In this document: piece by piece, positions 57,845-64,000 of the stretch
How the letters are laid out: every line of letters starts with the position of its first letter
Numbering within the stretch: the first letter of the stretch is position 1
DNA from: the human T2T-CHM13v2.0 reference genome, Homo sapiens
NCBI RefSeq assembly: GCF_009914755.1
Contig: NC_060925.1
Direction: 5' to 3' (one strand)
Length of the DNA stretch: 64,000 bases
Made by a program: the position numbers and the translations under genes
The notes under the pieces: generated by a model
The model's database searches: none
Seen by the model: only the letters and a program-made list of their open reading frames with translations
What the model was told of the DNA's origin: nothing

Positions 57845-58750
57845 CTTTGTGGTTTAATCTACTTTTGTTCTTTGATGATGGTGATGTACAGATGGGTTTC
57901 TGGTGTGGATGTCCTTTCTGTTTGTTAGTTTTCCTTCTAACAGACAGGACCCTCAGCTGCAGGTCTGTTGGAGTACCCTGCCATGTGAGGTGTCAGTCTG
58001 CCCCTGCTGGGGGGGCTTCCCAGTTAGGCTGCTCGGGGGTCAGTGTCAGGGACCCATTTGAGGAGGCAGTCTGCCCGTTCTCAGATCTCCAGCTCCGTGC
58101 TGGGAGAACTACTGCTCTCTTCAAAGCTGTCAGACAGGGACATTTAAGTCTGCAGAGGTTACTGCTGTCTTTTTGTTTGTCTGTGCCCTGCCCCCAGAGG
58201 TGGAGCCTACAGAGGAAGGCAGGCCTCCTTGAGCTATGGTGGGCTCCACCCAGTTCGAGCTTCTGGGCTGCTTTGTTTACCTAAGCAAGCCTGGGCAATG
58301 GCGGGCGCCCCTCCCGCAGCCTCACTGCCGCCTTGCAGTTTGATCTCAGACTGCTGTGCTAGCAATCAGGGAGACTCCATGGGCCTAGGACCCTCTGAGC
58401 CACGTGCGGGATATAATCTCCTGGTGCACCGTTTTTTTAAGCCCGCCGGAAAAGCGCAGTATTCGGGTGGGAGTGACCCGATTTTCCAGGTGCCGTCTGT
58501 CACCCCTTTCTTTGACTAAGAAAGGGAACTCCCTGACCCCTTGTGCTTCCAGAGTGAGGGAATGCCTCGCCCTGCTTCGACTCGCGCACGGTGCGTGCAC
58601 CCACTGACCTGCGCCCACTGTCTGGCACTCCCTAGTGAGATGAACCCGGTACCTCAGATGGAAATGCAGAAATCACCCGTCTTCTGCGTCACTCACGCTG
58701 GGAGCTGTAGACTGGAGCTGTTCCTATTCGGCCATCTTGGCTCCTCTCCA
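57845..58750 (-). promoter_or_regulatory. L1 5' UTR internal promoter (sense) and antisense promoter
   Basis: CpG-rich ~900 bp; intact YY1 site caagatggcc (plus strand ggccatcttg, 58730-58739). Confidence 0.85.
58298..58519 (+). other. L1 antisense ORF0-like reading frame (73 aa, C-terminus frameshifted)
   Basis: MAGAPPAASLPPCSLISDCCASNQGDSMGLGPSEP matches the primate ORF0 N-terminus; diverges after RFF. Confidence 0.7.
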
Positions 58751-59802
58751 CAATTTTTATTACTTTTTAAAAAGCCTAAATTTAAAGACATGATTTCCTT
58801 AATACAAGACTGTTTTATATGTAGTTATCACAAAATAAATAAACTCATAATATTGACAAAGACTCTATGTCTTTAATCATTTTTTAAATTTCATTTTCAC
58901 AATAAAAATATCACCCCCAAAATCACAACTTTTAGAAAGTGGTTATTTTGTTGTCCCCAGAAAATATGTACTTTGTTATCTCAGTAACAGAGGTAAATCT
59001 TCACTACCTAAATACTGTATTTTCCTCTATCATAATAGTTTGACACGGAGAATTAAGATGTTGGCAAAAAACAAAACCACTGACTCCCCTTGCTATTTTA
59101 CCCTGCATAAAGACTCACTTTAAAAATCTTTTGTCAAAAATAAAAAATTAAAATGTACTGGGAACAAACTATTAAAATATATCTTCTTTATGCTCTAATC
59201 CTCATCAATTACTTTTATCAACTCATAAATTCAGGATACATTGCTAACCAATTTTCTCAAAACACTGTAATAACATTTTCCACAACACAGTTTTTTTTCT
59301 TTTTAAATCCAAATGGAATGACTATCAACCTTTCATTCATGTAATATAAATGAAATTTTGGTTATTTTCACTGTAATTTTAGACATTCATAAATCTCTAC
59401 TTAGCATTTCTCTTTGGTAATTTAAGATATTTTATCAAAAATATTATTTAAAAAATTTTTTCCAAGGAAAAGAGGAGGAAAAAAAAGTCCTAAAATTAGA
59501 GATGTTTTACTTGTAATTTAAATCTTGCTGAGACTTTTGGCTTGGTGTCCTCAAAAGAAAAAAAAAGCCCCTTTACAATGGATACGATAGCAAAGCGGCC
59601 AAAAAATGTTAGACTTGAATATTAAGGGTGTGGTGTTTTACTTTATTTTCCCTTACCCTGAGATCTCTAGAAATCATTTCCAAAGATAAAATTCTGATTA
59701 AACTATAATATCTCAAGCAGATCTAACAGAAGATCCAATACAAATAATAATTGCACTTATTGCGCTTGACCCATTACATTTTACTTAAACTTTAAAGATA
59801 TG

Positions 59803-60238
<436 letters not shown>

Positions 60239-60451
60239 TTTAATTAGCTACCTGTGCATATTTTAAATACATCAAATACAATATTTACTTGTAAATTGCT
60301 TGATTTGAAATAAAGCATTTTCCTATGCTTAAATTTTAAACTTACTTAGAGGGAAAAAAAGATACTAGAGCTCTACCCTAAAAGGATCAGCAGTGAACAT
60401 GTTTAGAACTGCATGTACTGGCCTGTAACAATTTACTTTAAAAACCACCAA

Positions 60452-60560
60452 AGCCAGTGCAGTAACACATGCACCTGTAGTCATAGCTACTCAGGAGGAT
60501 CATTTGGGCCCAGGAGCTCAAGTCCAGCCTGAGCAACACAGTGAGATTCCATTTCTAAAA
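60452..60560 (+). mobile_element. degenerate Alu monomer (FLAM-like)
   Basis: cacctgtagtcatagctactcaggaggatcattt..cccaggagctcaag..cagcctgagcaacacagtgaga. Confidence 0.7.
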
Positions 60561-62509
60561 GTCTGGAAAGTCTCTAGAATCACTAATATGTATGCCTTTG
60601 GTCAATTATCTATTGCCACAACAACTGACCATCGGAGAACCTAATCAGAAGAGGATACCAACTGGTAAGCTTTATATGAGCAAACCGTGAAAAGAAACTG
60701 AACCCCAGAAAAAAGGTACCATGTAGGTCCAGGAAAGATCTCTACCCTAACTGTGTGCCCTAGAGAGCCCATTCTTCATTTTAAAGGAAAATAGACTTTT
60801 CCACCTAACCTCTCCATTGAAGACTTTTCAAAACCAGAGTCTAAGCCAAAGAGAAGCAAACACCTGAAGATATAAGACATTTATTGTATAGTTTCTTAAA
60901 TGCACCTCCCACCAGCAATTAAAATAGTGAACAACATCTTGATGAATGGAATACATAAGACTTAGAAAGTCTCAACCAGCAAGGCTGAAACATAACTAGT
61001 TCTGAATTTCTGGCTGGCAAATAGCCGCAGTATATAGTTATCCCCTGAATTTCATGATTTTCAAAAGCTTTCAAGTTGGAGTTTTAAGTTTCCTGTTGGT
61101 TATCTTTAGGGTAGATGAACATTTTAAGAAACTTCACAGAAATAAGAGATAACTATGCTTTACTTTAAAACCCAAATTTCCATAATTTTTTCTCTCTTTA
61201 CAATATCAAAATTTATCAATATGTCAACATTACTTTTAAGTACTTTATTTCTTAAGAGCCATGGGAAAGTAATCTATGAGGAGTATTTGTCCCATGTAAA
61301 CCCACAAACTGGAAAATATTATAAGCAAAACAAGTGAACAGTAACTCAATATAGAGAAAAATAGGCAATACCCTTTTTGAGAAAGCAAATTCTCAAAAAT
61401 ATTTAGAAGACAGTTTAAAGTTTAGCAAAAAAGAACATCTAAGCCCTTTATCAGACACTCTGAATTAAAGACTCAATTGCCCAAAATATTTTGAAAGAAT
61501 ATCAAATGGTAGAATTAGTGATTTGATAGTTACTTAGTAATACAAAATACTTTCTTATATATGAAAGCTTCAACTACATCATGACAAGCAAGTAAGTTTA
61601 TTTATTTTTCTCTGATCTAAACTACCAGATTAGCTAGTAGCTGGAAATAATTGACAGATGTGAAAACTTCTCTGTAAAACAGTTTTCTAAATAACATATC
61701 TGTGCTGAAACTGAAATAGGTAATAAATACTTAAGATTAAGCATTCTGAGATGTGCAACTGACTCTGAAGCTAGCAACTTCTAAATAGTGTTTGTTTGCC
61801 TTTGAGGTGTTTTGGTTTTAAATTCTTTCTGTCCTGTAAACTATCAGGTTTTTTATTTTTTTATTTTTTTAAATTAAAACTACAGTCACCAGTTCCATCA
61901 GGTCATAGCCTATAGGAGGAAAGTATAATCTCTTTGTTCCATCACTATATTTTTACCTTCAGGATCTGACCATGAATTTATTTAATTATGAACAAATATT
62001 TATTGAGCACCTACAACAAATGAGATGAGAAAAATAAGAGATAAGTAAGAAGAAATATGTTTTAACAGGGTTTCACCTAATAAGAAATCACTAAAATGTA
62101 TCTCAATTAAAAGGTTTAAAAAGATATATGGTTAAAATATTTATCATATCTTTTGTTCTCATTTCTTTTGCTTTTTAATTATTTATTTACTTTGCTCTCA
62201 AAGTAAATAAATATTCGAGAATTTACCTATCCCTATTTTCAGGGTTGAATTAAATTCTATAATACATTCTTAAATAATCAGCTGTAGCAGTAACCTTGAA
62301 AAATAGAAATAAAGAAGCATTTTAAAATTCTTTTAAAGAATGCATAAAATTAATTCGGAGAGAAAAGATGAAAAATGATATTATTCTACATCAGATAATT
62401 GGTTCATAAATATTTTTATATTGTCATCTATTCCTATCTGTGGGAAAAACCAGTTGTAGAGTAAGTTGTTTAATGTCTATCTCAGCCAGCCATCTGCCTG
62501 TAAGCATCA

Positions 62510-62622
62510 AGGGATGAGGAAGGACAGGACTGGTCTCTTCTGTTTATCAGAGTGTTTCCCAAGCGCTTGCCACAGTGCTTGGCCCATAGCAGGTGCTCAA
62601 TAAATATGCATTGAATGAATAT
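62510..62622 (+). mobile_element. L2 3' end
   Basis: cacagtgcttggcccatagcaggtgctcaataaatatgcattgaatgaat. Confidence 0.75.
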
Positions 62623-62720
62623 CCATAGGCCATCTTTTCCATTCTCTTGCTATCAGAAGAAAGGGTCTACTGCTGCTCTGCTAATCACTCAGATTGTCTG
62701 TCTCTTTCTGTGTATAGAAA

Positions 62721-62746
62721 AAACAACAACAACAACAACAACAACA
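62721..62746. repeat. (AAC)n microsatellite
   Basis: Direct reading. Confidence 0.9.
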
Positions 62747-63619
62747 GTTCTGTCTATGTACTCTCCCTCCTTGGGGAAAAAGAGCTTTAGTGCCATAGCT
62801 CTAAAAATCTTTCCCCACAGAAGGGTTTTAAACTTCCTTTTCGTAAAGGCTTGGCTGTGAAGGGAAGACCAAGAATCAGCACAAATTCATTGGGAGATAC
62901 ATAGTTAATCTCTGCGGGTGCATAACCTTCTAGGTTAGGCAGTCTCTGACCCATTTGTTATTCAACCAGGAATTTCCATGGTTGAAGACTTCCATTATAA
63001 AGTCTTTAGAAAGTCCCAAACATTTCTAATCCCTGGGTTCCACACTATCTACCAAAATCAAATCCCCTGAATTTAGATAGGAATTACAATAAAAACCACT
63101 ACCAGACTTCCTCATTATGGTCCCTAAGCGCCAATGAGCCCTTATCACTGTGACTTTCTGTTTATTCACATTTAGAATGTCCTTTACAATTCATTCTCTA
63201 GAGATTCACAACTTACCTAACATTTGCTTATTGCTCCACATTTTAAAAAAAATCTTGATACAGTATCTCTTTTGATCATCACAATGACCTCAGTACTTAG
63301 TCAAAGAAGTTATTTTCCCAATTTGCCAAATAAAAAGTAGGCATAGAAAGGTCACAAGTCTAGTAAGTATCAGAGCTGAGTCTTTTATCTCTAAGTTAAG
63401 ATGTTTTAAAAAAGATGACTTAATGTACGAATCACAAACTAGTAACCTTCTTAAGTGTCTCAACACAGTTCTTTTATAAACCAAAATTAATTTAAATGTG
63501 CGTAAGCAAGCTACGTCATAGGCCCCCATGCTGTATGGTATTTTACCAAACCCTTCCCACATTCATATTACTATCTGATCATTAAAATTGTTTGCACTGT
63601 GATCCCATCAAATGGAACA

Positions 63620-63760
63620 GTCATTCATTCATTCATCCATCCATTTGTTCGCGAAACACAGTTGTAGTCACTATCTGAGGTACTAGGAATCAATCTTAAG
63701 TTCCATAAGACATACTCACTGACCTCAAAAAGTTTTTAGGCTAGTAAGGGAATCACATAA
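63620..63760 (-). mobile_element. L2 3' end fragment
   Basis: (TTCA/TCCA)n tail, ggtactagga..ctgacctcaaaaagttt. Confidence 0.5.
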
Positions 63761-64000
63761 GCCCATCTGGACAAAAAGGGTAACAAATAGAGGAACACAC
63801 AAAACGCCAGCCAAGCATAAAGGTCAAATATTTAAATCAGTATGTGAGGATCAGATCATAGAAGGTAATCTATATGGCTAGTATGTCTCCATTGCCTCTC
63901 TCACTTTGGTTTTCAAATGGCATTCCAGAGTGCAGCTTTCAAAATTTAAATTCCATGTCCTTATTAACATTCCATCATATGGAATGATAAGTTTAGATTT

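Noticed and set aside
59658-59723. Minus-strand 66-nt open exon candidate ending AGG|GTAAGG
   Set aside because: Isolated, peptide not recognised, compatible with chance

Overview
AT-rich primate (human-like) non-coding DNA dominated by transposable elements. I recognise no host protein-coding exon, RNA gene or CRISPR array; every long ORF in the track is LINE-1, Alu or LTR derived. 1-19.5 kb is a nested pile of fossils: ERVL gag/pol, an old HAL1/L1M-type ORF1 piece, a MaLR LTR with internal sequence, several L1MA/L1MC/L1ME pieces and three Alus. 19.5-52.7 kb is unique DNA mixed with L2, MIR, CR1, Tigger/hAT MITEs and solo LTRs. 52721-58750 is a full-length, coding-dead L1PA2/PA3-type element on the minus strand with an 18-bp TSD, an intact promoter, the ZNF93-escape 5' UTR and an ORF0-like frame. 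I found no evidence for a new enzymatic system. The best non-routine signals are: (i) a perfect 48-bp-stem fold-back inside an old LTR (40270-40373); (ii) two locally templated insertions copied from 1.2-1.6 kb away (11140-11164 and 29595-29672), plus smaller snap-back scars; (iii) an apparently repeat-free, CpG-retaining block at about 45.8-47 kb with a plausible plus-strand splice-site chain (candidate promoter/lncRNA). Repeat subfamily names come from recalled consensus similarity, not a database search, and boundaries of old elements are approximate.
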